25,727 bases of DNA from a virus (Duplodnaviria; Caudoviricetes): IMG/VR virus record IMGVR_UViG_3300032295_002377, positions 1 through 25,727 of that record; one strand, written 5' to 3'. Below the pieces are notes generated by a model that did no database searches, was not told where the DNA came from, and saw only the letters and a list, made by a program, of their open reading frames with translations. A program made the translations under genes and the position numbers. Below are positions 17,280-24,627 of this stretch, piece by piece. Each line of letters opens with the position of its first letter. Within the stretch, counting starts at the first letter, position 1.

Positions 17280-18324
17280 GTATTTCTAATTGTCTAAGCC
17301 AGTCTCGACTGAAGTACCAGTCATGGTTGTGTTCTATGGTGTCCTGTTCTAGTAGATACAGATCATGCCATTCGTGCGGTGTGAGTTTGCTGAAGCCTGA
17401 CACCATTGAAAACAATTTTGTCAATCTCTTTATGGGATGAGGTTCAAGATCAAAACTGTAGTCAAATATCTTTCTGAACAATCTGAATCCCCAGACTGAT
17501 TCCAAATGGTGATGAAATTGCCAGGCAGCATATGATGCCCAAAGTGATTTGGTCACTATAGGGTACATGGTTTTTTCTGTCACCACAGGATGATAGCTCA
17601 AGGTGTCAACTTCGGCCACCAACTGTAAAAAAGCCTTGTTTATACGCAGTGCTGCTGATTTGATCAAGGCCGAGTGATCGCTAGGGTTGTTGTATTCATC
17701 ACTATAGATGGTTTGATAAAACTGCTCTGCTGCTGCATCGTCATCGGTCATGATGAATTTTCGCAACACCCGATCATGTTCAGGCAAATCTTGCGTGAGT
17801 CTCATGATATTACCGTCAAGACCCCGCGCAGTATATCTAAAGTTTTTGGTACTTGTGGCCGGATCAAACCAACCCCATTTCCACATTGCTGCGGTGAGAA
17901 ACTGTCGGCTTTCTCTATTGCCGCCCACCAAAGTCATGGCAAAAGTTTCCCATGATTTGTCTGTGGGTATGTTGTGTGTGTCCAGAAGATCTTCATTGTA
18001 CTTCATGGCACGTTCTGGACTTAACAAGTCTACTCTAAAATCAATGTTGGGATAGCGTTGACACACTGTGTCATTGAACACATAGTAACTGTACAAGGTC
18101 ACGGGTCTGGCCAAGTCCTGCAACTGTTGCATGTATTCATTGCTGCCGTCTATGTCAATGAAGCCTATTGAATCACTGTGATAAACTGTGTCAACATCAT
18201 CTGGCACTTCGAGTGGCGGCCATTCAAGATGGCTCTCTTGTGCATCACCGGCGTTGATGGCATGTTGACTCCAGGTGGGAGGTTTTGAGTAGAGTGCCTT
18301 GCGCATACGATTCAGGCGAGACAT
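17272..18324 (-). CDS. Hypothetical protein, possibly GT-B glycosyltransferase-like
   Basis: 350-aa ORF with LVAE...VVTEKTMYPI...GFRLF..IFDYSFD, reminiscent of the GT10 E.....Y.TEK motif. The start may instead be ATG 18306. Confidence 0.5.
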   Translation of the reverse strand: MSRLNRMRKALYSKPPTWSQHAINAGDAQESHLEWPPLEVPDDVDTVYHSDSIGFIDIDGSNEYMQQLQDLARPVTLYSYYVFNDTVCQRYPNIDFRVDLLSPERAMKYNEDLLDTHNIPTDKSWETFAMTLVGGNRESRQFLTAAMWKWGWFDPATSTKNFRYTARGLDGNIMRLTQDLPEHDRVLRKFIMTDDDAAAEQFYQTIYSDEYNNPSDHSALIKSAALRINKAFLQLVAEVDTLSYHPVVTEKTMYPIVTKSLWASYAAWQFHHHLESVWGFRLFRKIFDYSFDLEPHPIKRLTKLFSMVSGFSKLTPHEWHDLYLLEQDTIEHNHDWYFSRDWLRQLEIHA

Positions 18325-18338
18325 TGCTGCCTCGCCTG
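18313..18338 (-). terminator. GC-rich stem-loop with GCAA tetraloop after the gp32 stop (terminator or processing hairpin, no U tract)
   Basis: mRNA CAGGCGAGGCA-GCAA-UGUCUCGCCUG forms an 11-bp stem with one G-U pair, 8 nt after the gp32 TAA. Confidence 0.55.
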
Positions 18339-18346
18339 TGAGTGAT

Positions 18347-19360
18347 TTACTGCTTCTGCTGTCTTGCGCGGATCATGGCCAAGATGTCCTCGGCCTTTTG
18401 AGTTCCTGCTGGCTTTGCCACTGGCGCTGAAGCAACCGCAGGTTCATCTTCGTCTTCCATTGCCGGTGTTGCCACTGGCGCTGGTTTGGCAGCCGGTGTC
18501 ACTACCTTGAGTGCAGGTGCTGGTGCGTCTTCGTCAACGTCGGCCGCTGCATTGCTGACAGTGCCTGCTGGTGCTTGAACACCAGCTGGACGGAAGTACT
18601 GACCCCAACGTTCTACATCATAGGGCTGTCCGTCAACCGAAGCTTCGAACATTTCTTTGATCACACGCAACTCAACTTCTGTGGGCTTCTTGGGCAAGAA
18701 TGTGCTCAAGTCATAGAGATCATGAGTTTCAATTGCTTGAAGTTCGTCTACCTGGAGGCCAGACTCTTTGCGAGCCCACTTGCTGGTGTTGTAGTCTGCA
18801 TAGCCACCCTTGGAGGTCTTGGCAATGCGGAAATCTAGACCACGCTGCATGTCAGTTGGCAGTTCTTCCAGTTCAGGATCCATCAAGGCTGACTTGATGA
18901 TAGTGAACAGTTGCGGTCCAATAATGAACTTGCGAATAGGATTGTCCGGTGTCTTGTCATCGGCTATGGGATTTTCACGCACAAAGCCCTGGAAGATGTA
19001 ACTACGTTTCTTCCAATACTTACGACCCATTTCTTCTAGACTCTTGTCTTTGAACCAGGTACGCACTTCAGCCAGAATTGGGCATGGTTCTTGCCACATT
19101 TCCATGCAGGGCACTTGTACCATGACCTGTTTTGATTCCATCTCGCCTTTGACACCGTTGAAGGGCAAGCGAATCATTGCTCGCTCAGCCCAGAAAAAAG
19201 TGTTTTTGCTGTTACCATCGGGCAGGAACCTGATCAAGGCACTTTGTCCTTCTTCCATGTTCCAGTGTGGGTAAATTGATTTGTCGCCGCCTGAAGCGTT
19301 GTTTGAACCTTTGCTTTCTGCTGCCTGTAGTCTTGCTCGAATTTCTGCTAAAGATGCCAT
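18347..19360 (-). CDS. 32: T4 gp32-like single-stranded DNA-binding protein
   Basis: IRFLP, CPIL, YWKKRSY, G.DFRIAKT..GGYADY..SKW and DLSTFLP; Pro/Ala/acidic tail; GGAGA Shine-Dalgarno upstream. Confidence 0.92.
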   Translation of the reverse strand: MASLAEIRARLQAAESKGSNNASGGDKSIYPHWNMEEGQSALIRFLPDGNSKNTFFWAERAMIRLPFNGVKGEMESKQVMVQVPCMEMWQEPCPILAEVRTWFKDKSLEEMGRKYWKKRSYIFQGFVRENPIADDKTPDNPIRKFIIGPQLFTIIKSALMDPELEELPTDMQRGLDFRIAKTSKGGYADYNTSKWARKESGLQVDELQAIETHDLYDLSTFLPKKPTEVELRVIKEMFEASVDGQPYDVERWGQYFRPAGVQAPAGTVSNAAADVDEDAPAPALKVVTPAAKPAPVATPAMEDEDEPAVASAPVAKPAGTQKAEDILAMIRARQQKQ

Positions 19361-19375
19361 AGTGTTTTCTCCGTT

Positions 19376-19426
19376 AAGTTGCCTATGTGTGCTGCCTATC
19401 TAAAATTTTTAGATCAAAGTTGCCTG
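19376..19426 (-). repeat. Three AGGCARC direct repeats and an AT-rich inverted repeat in the gp32 leader
   Basis: Plus strand AAGTTGCCTA (19376-19385), GCTGCCTA (19391-19398) and AAGTTGCCTG (19417-19426); inverted repeat ATCTAAAA-T-TTTTAGAT (19398-19414). Confidence 0.7.
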
Positions 19427-19452
19427 TAACACAAAAGTGCAGACACGTATAC

Positions 19453-19481
19453 AGTATACGTGTTCTGCTGAGTTGTGTCAA
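19453..19481 (-). promoter_or_regulatory. Sigma70-type promoter for gp32 (TTGACA-N17-TATACT)
   Basis: -35 TTGACA at 19481-19476, 17-nt spacer, -10 TATACT at 19458-19453, in the longest intergenic region of the window. Confidence 0.85.
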
Positions 19482-19483
19482 TG

Positions 19484-21895
19484 TTATTTAGTGCGATTGG
19501 GGAAAGCTAGTGATTTTATTCTTGCCAAAGGATCGCTAGACTCGTAATAGCTGCCAGTAATGGCTGCGTTGTAGTTCATGGGATCGTCATCCTCTTCCAC
19601 AAAACTGTTGAGATTGTCGCCTTCAGGTAAATCATCAATTTGTTGGTTAATCTTATTCATCATTTCTTGACGATTACCTATTTTTTGCATCAAAGACTCA
19701 TACTCATCAATTGATGGAGCAAATGATTTCAATTTCTCATTGCTGGTACTGGGAGGCTCAGGACTGGTTGTTGTTGGTGTCGATGAGCGTGTTGCTGCTG
19801 TGTTGGGGGCAGCAGGAGCAAATGATTTCAGTTTCTCAATGCTGGCACTGGGAGCCTCAGGACTAGGGTCAGTTGGTGCTGGTGCCATTGAGCCCAGTGC
19901 AGGCGTAGATGTTGGTGTTGAGGTTGGTGTTGAGGTTGTTGAAGAAACCGGTGCCTGTCTTGCAGCAATCTTGTCAAGGGTATCACCTGCCTGCACAGTG
20001 TAACTGCCGGCGCCGCCAGGCAACGTAAGGGTTTGACCAACTTTGATTTTATTGACATCAGATATACCAGACAGTTTGGCAATTTCTTGAGCGCCAGCAG
20101 TGCCTTTGTAGGTTGAAGGTGTTTTGGGCGCGGCTGCTGGTGTTTTAGGTGCTGCTGCCGGTGTTTTGTTGCTTGCGTTATCTGCTGCTGGTGCTGCTGT
20201 TGGTTCTTTGTCTGCTACTGGTGCTTTGTTGGTTGCCGGTGTTGTGTTTCCGCCGCCGGGCAAATTGGACACAACAGCCAGTGGAAGTCCTGCACCAACC
20301 AAGCCACCGGCGATTTTTGATGCCACATTGCCAAACATTGATCCAAAACCCGATGTAGAGCTAGGAAACACTGATTTTGCAGGACCAGATAAAGCTGGCG
20401 GCTGAACCTGAACGGCCTTACCCATGAATTTATCGGGCTGACGTAGAATAGTCCCGCGACCGGCGCCGCCTAGACCTATGTCAATATTCATTGGCGATCC
20501 TCCACGACCACCTATTCCGAATGAGCCGCCCCCGCCACCGCCACCAAAACCTCCGCTGGCGCCGCCTTCCCAAGGCACAAGATTTTGTTTGCCAAATTCC
20601 ATGCTTTTGTTTTCTGAAACCCCATCACGTTCGGTATTGCTTTGGACCTGATCTGGTGTTTGATCAACATTGAGACTCACGCCCAACTGTTGCAGTCGGG
20701 CCTGTACTTCGGTGTCGTCCCAGCAGTTGGCATTGGGATCTTCTTTGGCCAGTTCTTGTAAACGGTCAAACAATCGATCATCACCTATGATATCATCCAA
20801 CTGTTCTGTGGCATTCATTGCTCCAGCACCAACCATGAGTGGTTCGCTCATGAGCTGTTGCAGCTTTTCCCATTTTTCTGGAGTGTCTGGCAATGCCCAG
20901 GTACCTTCCACCAGGCGGTTGGCCCAGCTTTCAAAAATTTCTGCTTCTTTCATAGTGTTTTGTCTCAATCGTGCCAGCACCGGAAGTGCAGCTTCAATAC
21001 GGTAATCAAGAGTCTGTTCTATAAACATGGTCTTGATTGAGTCAACCAGTTCTTCATGCAGTGCAATTTCAGCCGGATGCCATGATTCAAAATATGTTCG
21101 ATATCCTGATGCACTGCTGAGTTTGCGTAGAGTCTCGCGCAGATTGTCGTAGTGATGATGTGCTTCGGTCACCAGGTCAGCTGTTACACCTTCCAGCACA
21201 CGATTGGCACTGGCTCGGTTGAACCTTGACAGCACAGCAATTTCTGTCACCATTTCTGTGATATGGCAGCCACGCACATCATAGGGCTTGCCGCCTTGAC
21301 GCACATGTTCCAGCATGGCCTTGGCTCCGGCTAGGTTGCGAAACTGCAAACGATGTCTTTCGCCATCTGCGGTTTCTACAAAAATGCTTTCAATATAACG
21401 ATGTCTAGCATCATTTTCGCCCAAAGGCCGAGCATGATTAATCATGAGTCTGGCCTGAGTTGGTTCACCCATGTAACTGGTTCGCCTATTACCGTAGTAG
21501 CCTTCAAACAGGCCTTCCTTGATGGCTGCAATGCCACGCATGGTATGCTTGAGCTTGCTGAGATCACTGGGTGCCCAGTCCCAACGATTTCTACGTGCAA
21601 AGTCGCTGAGTTGTTGAAAAAATTGAAAGAATTCTTTTTTGTCCGTGGGGTTGTCTATGCCGCGCCCTAGATTATCGCCGTAGAAAGCCTGCAGGGTGCT
21701 CTGCTGCTCATTTTCATCGTTGAGTATCAGTACCATGCGTCCGTAGTTGTTGCCGCTGGAGGCCACGTAGTCAAAGCTCAATGTTTTGGCTTCTTGTGAT
21801 TCAGTGTCGTTGCCCTGCTCGTCCTTGAGCTTAACGTCAAAGTTGCGTGTGGCCAGCAAATCAGCCAATTTTGTGGATATATTTTGTTGTGCCAT
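19484..21895 (-). CDS. Large probable virion/structural protein with globular N-terminal region, Gly- and Pro/Ala/Thr/Ser-rich linker and LysM-like motif
   Basis: 803-aa ORF directly after the terminase and behind a TAAATA box. LysM signature segments IAKLSGISDVNKIKVGQTLTLP and YTVQAGDTLDKIA. The structural role is inferred. Confidence 0.6.
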   Translation of the reverse strand: MAQQNISTKLADLLATRNFDVKLKDEQGNDTESQEAKTLSFDYVASSGNNYGRMVLILNDENEQQSTLQAFYGDNLGRGIDNPTDKKEFFQFFQQLSDFARRNRWDWAPSDLSKLKHTMRGIAAIKEGLFEGYYGNRRTSYMGEPTQARLMINHARPLGENDARHRYIESIFVETADGERHRLQFRNLAGAKAMLEHVRQGGKPYDVRGCHITEMVTEIAVLSRFNRASANRVLEGVTADLVTEAHHHYDNLRETLRKLSSASGYRTYFESWHPAEIALHEELVDSIKTMFIEQTLDYRIEAALPVLARLRQNTMKEAEIFESWANRLVEGTWALPDTPEKWEKLQQLMSEPLMVGAGAMNATEQLDDIIGDDRLFDRLQELAKEDPNANCWDDTEVQARLQQLGVSLNVDQTPDQVQSNTERDGVSENKSMEFGKQNLVPWEGGASGGFGGGGGGGSFGIGGRGGSPMNIDIGLGGAGRGTILRQPDKFMGKAVQVQPPALSGPAKSVFPSSTSGFGSMFGNVASKIAGGLVGAGLPLAVVSNLPGGGNTTPATNKAPVADKEPTAAPAADNASNKTPAAAPKTPAAAPKTPSTYKGTAGAQEIAKLSGISDVNKIKVGQTLTLPGGAGSYTVQAGDTLDKIAARQAPVSSTTSTPTSTPTSTPALGSMAPAPTDPSPEAPSASIEKLKSFAPAAPNTAATRSSTPTTTSPEPPSTSNEKLKSFAPSIDEYESLMQKIGNRQEMMNKINQQIDDLPEGDNLNSFVEEDDDPMNYNAAITGSYYESSDPLARIKSLAFPNRTK
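19485..19491 (-). promoter_or_regulatory. Possible late promoter CTAAATA upstream of gp32
   Basis: TAAATA core just upstream of the -35 box. It overlaps the stop of the 803-aa gene, so it could be coincidental. Confidence 0.4.
19716..19864. repeat. Two 50-nt direct repeats within the 803-aa gene
   Basis: 19716-19765 and 19815-19864 match at 46 of 50 nt, 99 nt apart and in frame; they encode SPEAPSASIEKLKSFAP and SPEPPSTSNEKLKSFAP. Confidence 0.85.
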
Positions 21896-21902
21896 GATTC
21901 AA

Positions 21903-21909
21903 TATTTAG
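21903..21909 (-). promoter_or_regulatory. Probable late promoter CTAAATA
   Basis: GCTAAATA-TTGAATC-ATG, with 7 nt before the ATG at 21895; overlaps the terminase stop codon. Confidence 0.55.
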
Positions 21910-23483
21910 CGCCTAATGCTGATAAACGGCATGGGTTCTATGATGTTGTCACTGTGATCTTTGAGGTGTGCATCAAGATCACTATGATAAGTCTGCAGCA
22001 GCATCAGCATGCGCACTGCCAACAGTGTGGACATCACAAGATCGTCAGTTTCTCCAGGTTTGGCTGCATAGCTGGTGCCCGAAGCCACGAACGTTTTGAG
22101 TTCACTCACCAAGGGACGACTGTGCAGTTTCATACGCCCGCTTTCGACCAAGATTTTGAACTTGTTACAGGCTGTGAGTTTGGCCTTGTGTGTGGTGTTG
22201 AACCCCTTGCGAAATCTACGCCCGCTGCTGCCGGTCACGCTGTTGTCGCTCAGGAAATATCCCGGAATGTTTTGTTCACCATATTCTGCTATGCTTAACA
22301 ACGCAGCTTCGCCAATGGTGTTGTTTTCCACGCTGTAGTAGATGTTTTTGCTGTCTTTGACTACTGCATGTATTTCTTTCACTATGTCAGCCAGGATACG
22401 GATTTGACTGGGGATGTCAGTGCGATTGTGGCGCCATTCTGCCACTTGTTCTGTGGTGCCGGCTTCAAACACCTGTATGGCCGCAGGATCTCCGCCAGTG
22501 CCCAGGCTGGGATCCAGTGCCACAGTGTATATGGCACCGGGCTTGATTTGTCTGTACCAGCGAACTTGCCCAGTCTTGCGCACAGGTTCTGTGCCTTCAA
22601 GATCCATGAGCTTGATGGGAGATATCAAGGTTTCATCGTTGATAACAAATTCACAGTCCATTTCTCTGCGGAAACGTTCATCGCCCAACTGCTGCCGCTG
22701 TTGTTCGCCCCAACCTTCGTCGCGTTCAGGATGCTCTCTCCAGTAGCTGCGAAACGCTCGGAATCCATTGATGCCAAGTTCGGTTTGATTGCCGTGTTCG
22801 TCTTCGCACTTGTTGGCACCTTTCCACAAGAACGCAAATTGATCTTCGTCTGAGTTGGGAGTTGAAGTTATAATTGCTTTACCACCTGTGGCCAGGGTAG
22901 GCGAAATAGAAGTCCAGAATTCTTTGGCTATAGTGGGTCGCACAAACGCAAATTCGTCAGCGTACAGCAGCGAGATACTCATGCCTCGTCCCGTGGTTTC
23001 TGTTGTGGTCTGACTCACAATACGACTACCATTGTCAAACTCCAGGCTGCCTTTGTTGTAACTGGTGCTGCCTGCTCTGATATGATTGGGACACAGTTCA
23101 TAAGCATAGCGAATACGTTGCATGATTTCCTGTGCGCCAGTATATTTGTGTGCTGCAATTAAAATTGTTGAATCAGGCACAAACATTGCGTACCACAAGA
23201 GATATCCCGCAGCCGAAGTTGACTTGCCTGTCTGTCGCGGCATCAACGATATTGAAAATCTGTAGTTGTGATAGGTCTTGATCAGTCTGTGCTGATACTC
23301 AAAGGGATGATACAGCATCTTGCCGCGTGTGGGGTGCTGTATGTAGAAAAAGTTGTCTAGGAAGTAGATAGGACCGTTCACAGGATCTGCACAGCGGCTG
23401 AATTCTTCTATTTGTTGTTCTGTGTAGACTTCAAAGCGATGTGGTGCTTTGACCAACACAGTTTCCATGAGATTGGGTTTCAT
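21906..23483 (-). CDS. 17: Terminase large subunit (T4 gp17-like)
   Basis: PFEYQ adenine motif, Walker A PRQTGKST, Walker B LLYADEFAF, coupling motif TSTPN, and nuclease motifs ALDPSLG and DDLVMS. Confidence 0.96.
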   Translation of the reverse strand: MKPNLMETVLVKAPHRFEVYTEQQIEEFSRCADPVNGPIYFLDNFFYIQHPTRGKMLYHPFEYQHRLIKTYHNYRFSISLMPRQTGKSTSAAGYLLWYAMFVPDSTILIAAHKYTGAQEIMQRIRYAYELCPNHIRAGSTSYNKGSLEFDNGSRIVSQTTTETTGRGMSISLLYADEFAFVRPTIAKEFWTSISPTLATGGKAIITSTPNSDEDQFAFLWKGANKCEDEHGNQTELGINGFRAFRSYWREHPERDEGWGEQQRQQLGDERFRREMDCEFVINDETLISPIKLMDLEGTEPVRKTGQVRWYRQIKPGAIYTVALDPSLGTGGDPAAIQVFEAGTTEQVAEWRHNRTDIPSQIRILADIVKEIHAVVKDSKNIYYSVENNTIGEAALLSIAEYGEQNIPGYFLSDNSVTGSSGRRFRKGFNTTHKAKLTACNKFKILVESGRMKLHSRPLVSELKTFVASGTSYAAKPGETDDLVMSTLLAVRMLMLLQTYHSDLDAHLKDHSDNIIEPMPFISIRR

Positions 23484-23484
23484 T

Positions 23485-24627
23485 TTATTGCACCAAAAAA
23501 TCTAATTCTGGCCATAGGGTTTTGAATTGGCCAGCTGTGTCAGGATGATACAGTTCTTCTGTGATTCGTATATGATCTCGAAATGCCTTGGTAATTTTGG
23601 TCACAGGTGCAGAAATTTCAGCATACTGCTTGATTGCGGCGGTGAAAAACTGTTGTTCTTCCGGCGAAGCAAGCCCAGAATCAAGAAACCGTTGAGACTC
23701 TTGCATGGCCAATTCGGCCACTCTTGAATCGTGTTGGAACGGATCAAGATATTCAGGTTGAAACAAATTTTGCCACTTGCATGTGAGTTGGTTGTCAGCT
23801 AGGTACTGTCTAAATTCACACACTCTTGTGGCATTGTACAAATTGTAAACAGCATGCACACCGCCCCAGTGGCCTTGTGATCGCATCAGATGTTTGACTA
23901 AGCCAAGATTTTTTTGCATTAGGTTCCAGTCGGATCCATGTCTAACATACTCCAGTCTTTGGTCTATGTTGTCAAAGCTTATACTCCAGCCCACTCGGTT
24001 TCGTTTGGATAATTTTTCAACTATGCGATTGCGTTCAAAATCAACATTGAGATTAGTGATCAAGGTAATGATCACCGACTCAGGCACCACATCCAACAAT
24101 CTTTCATTTTCAGGCAACAGCAGAGGTTCTCCCCCCACCAGAGCCACTTCGTGAATGTGTTGGCCATGTTTGGCAATGAAATCACACACACTGTCAAAAT
24201 AGGGTCTAGTACCACTGCGGAATGGGATGTGTTTGATTGAAGCCCACTTGCTACTGCAGGCTTCGCCGCAGTAGTTGCAACTGAGATTGCAAGTGGTGTT
24301 CCATCTCACATCCACGATCACCGGATAGTGATACAGTTCACCTGCTGTGCTGTAATCAAAATCAGGATTAACGGCATTGTGCCATTGACGTTCACCGTCT
24401 GCCCCAAAACGTTCTGCTTTAACACAGTTTGTGCAATAACTGTGTGCTTGACCTTGTGATATGCTGCGGCGAATTTCACGCATGACTTCGCCATTGAGGA
24501 TTTCTTCAATAGTGCTGTTGTTGAGATTGCCCAGCATGTTGGGATTACCAGCACAACAGGTTTTTACGTCACCGCGAGGATTGATATGTAGACCGCGCCA
24601 GGGCGCTGCACAAAAGAATTTGGACAT
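23485..24627 (-). CDS. Radical SAM enzyme with N-terminal twitch-like domain (paralog D), 380 aa
   Basis: CNLSCNYC, VGGEPLL, ITNL, ISFD and EYVRHGSDW; N-terminal FCAAPW...RGDVKTCC...CTNC. Confidence 0.92.
   Translation of the reverse strand: MSKFFCAAPWRGLHINPRGDVKTCCAGNPNMLGNLNNSTIEEILNGEVMREIRRSISQGQAHSYCTNCVKAERFGADGERQWHNAVNPDFDYSTAGELYHYPVIVDVRWNTTCNLSCNYCGEACSSKWASIKHIPFRSGTRPYFDSVCDFIAKHGQHIHEVALVGGEPLLLPENERLLDVVPESVIITLITNLNVDFERNRIVEKLSKRNRVGWSISFDNIDQRLEYVRHGSDWNLMQKNLGLVKHLMRSQGHWGGVHAVYNLYNATRVCEFRQYLADNQLTCKWQNLFQPEYLDPFQHDSRVAELAMQESQRFLDSGLASPEEQQFFTAAIKQYAEISAPVTKITKAFRDHIRITEELYHPDTAGQFKTLWPELDFLVQ

Noticed and set aside
19716-20170. Repeats as a possible CRISPR array or diversity-generating retroelement TR/VR pair
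   Set aside because: They are in-frame coding repeats with no regular spacers, the mismatches are not confined to adenines, and no reverse transcriptase or cas gene is present in the window.
21906-23483. Intein or intron in the terminase or uvsX
   Set aside because: Both are uninterrupted and of ordinary length, with no splicing or homing-endonuclease motifs.
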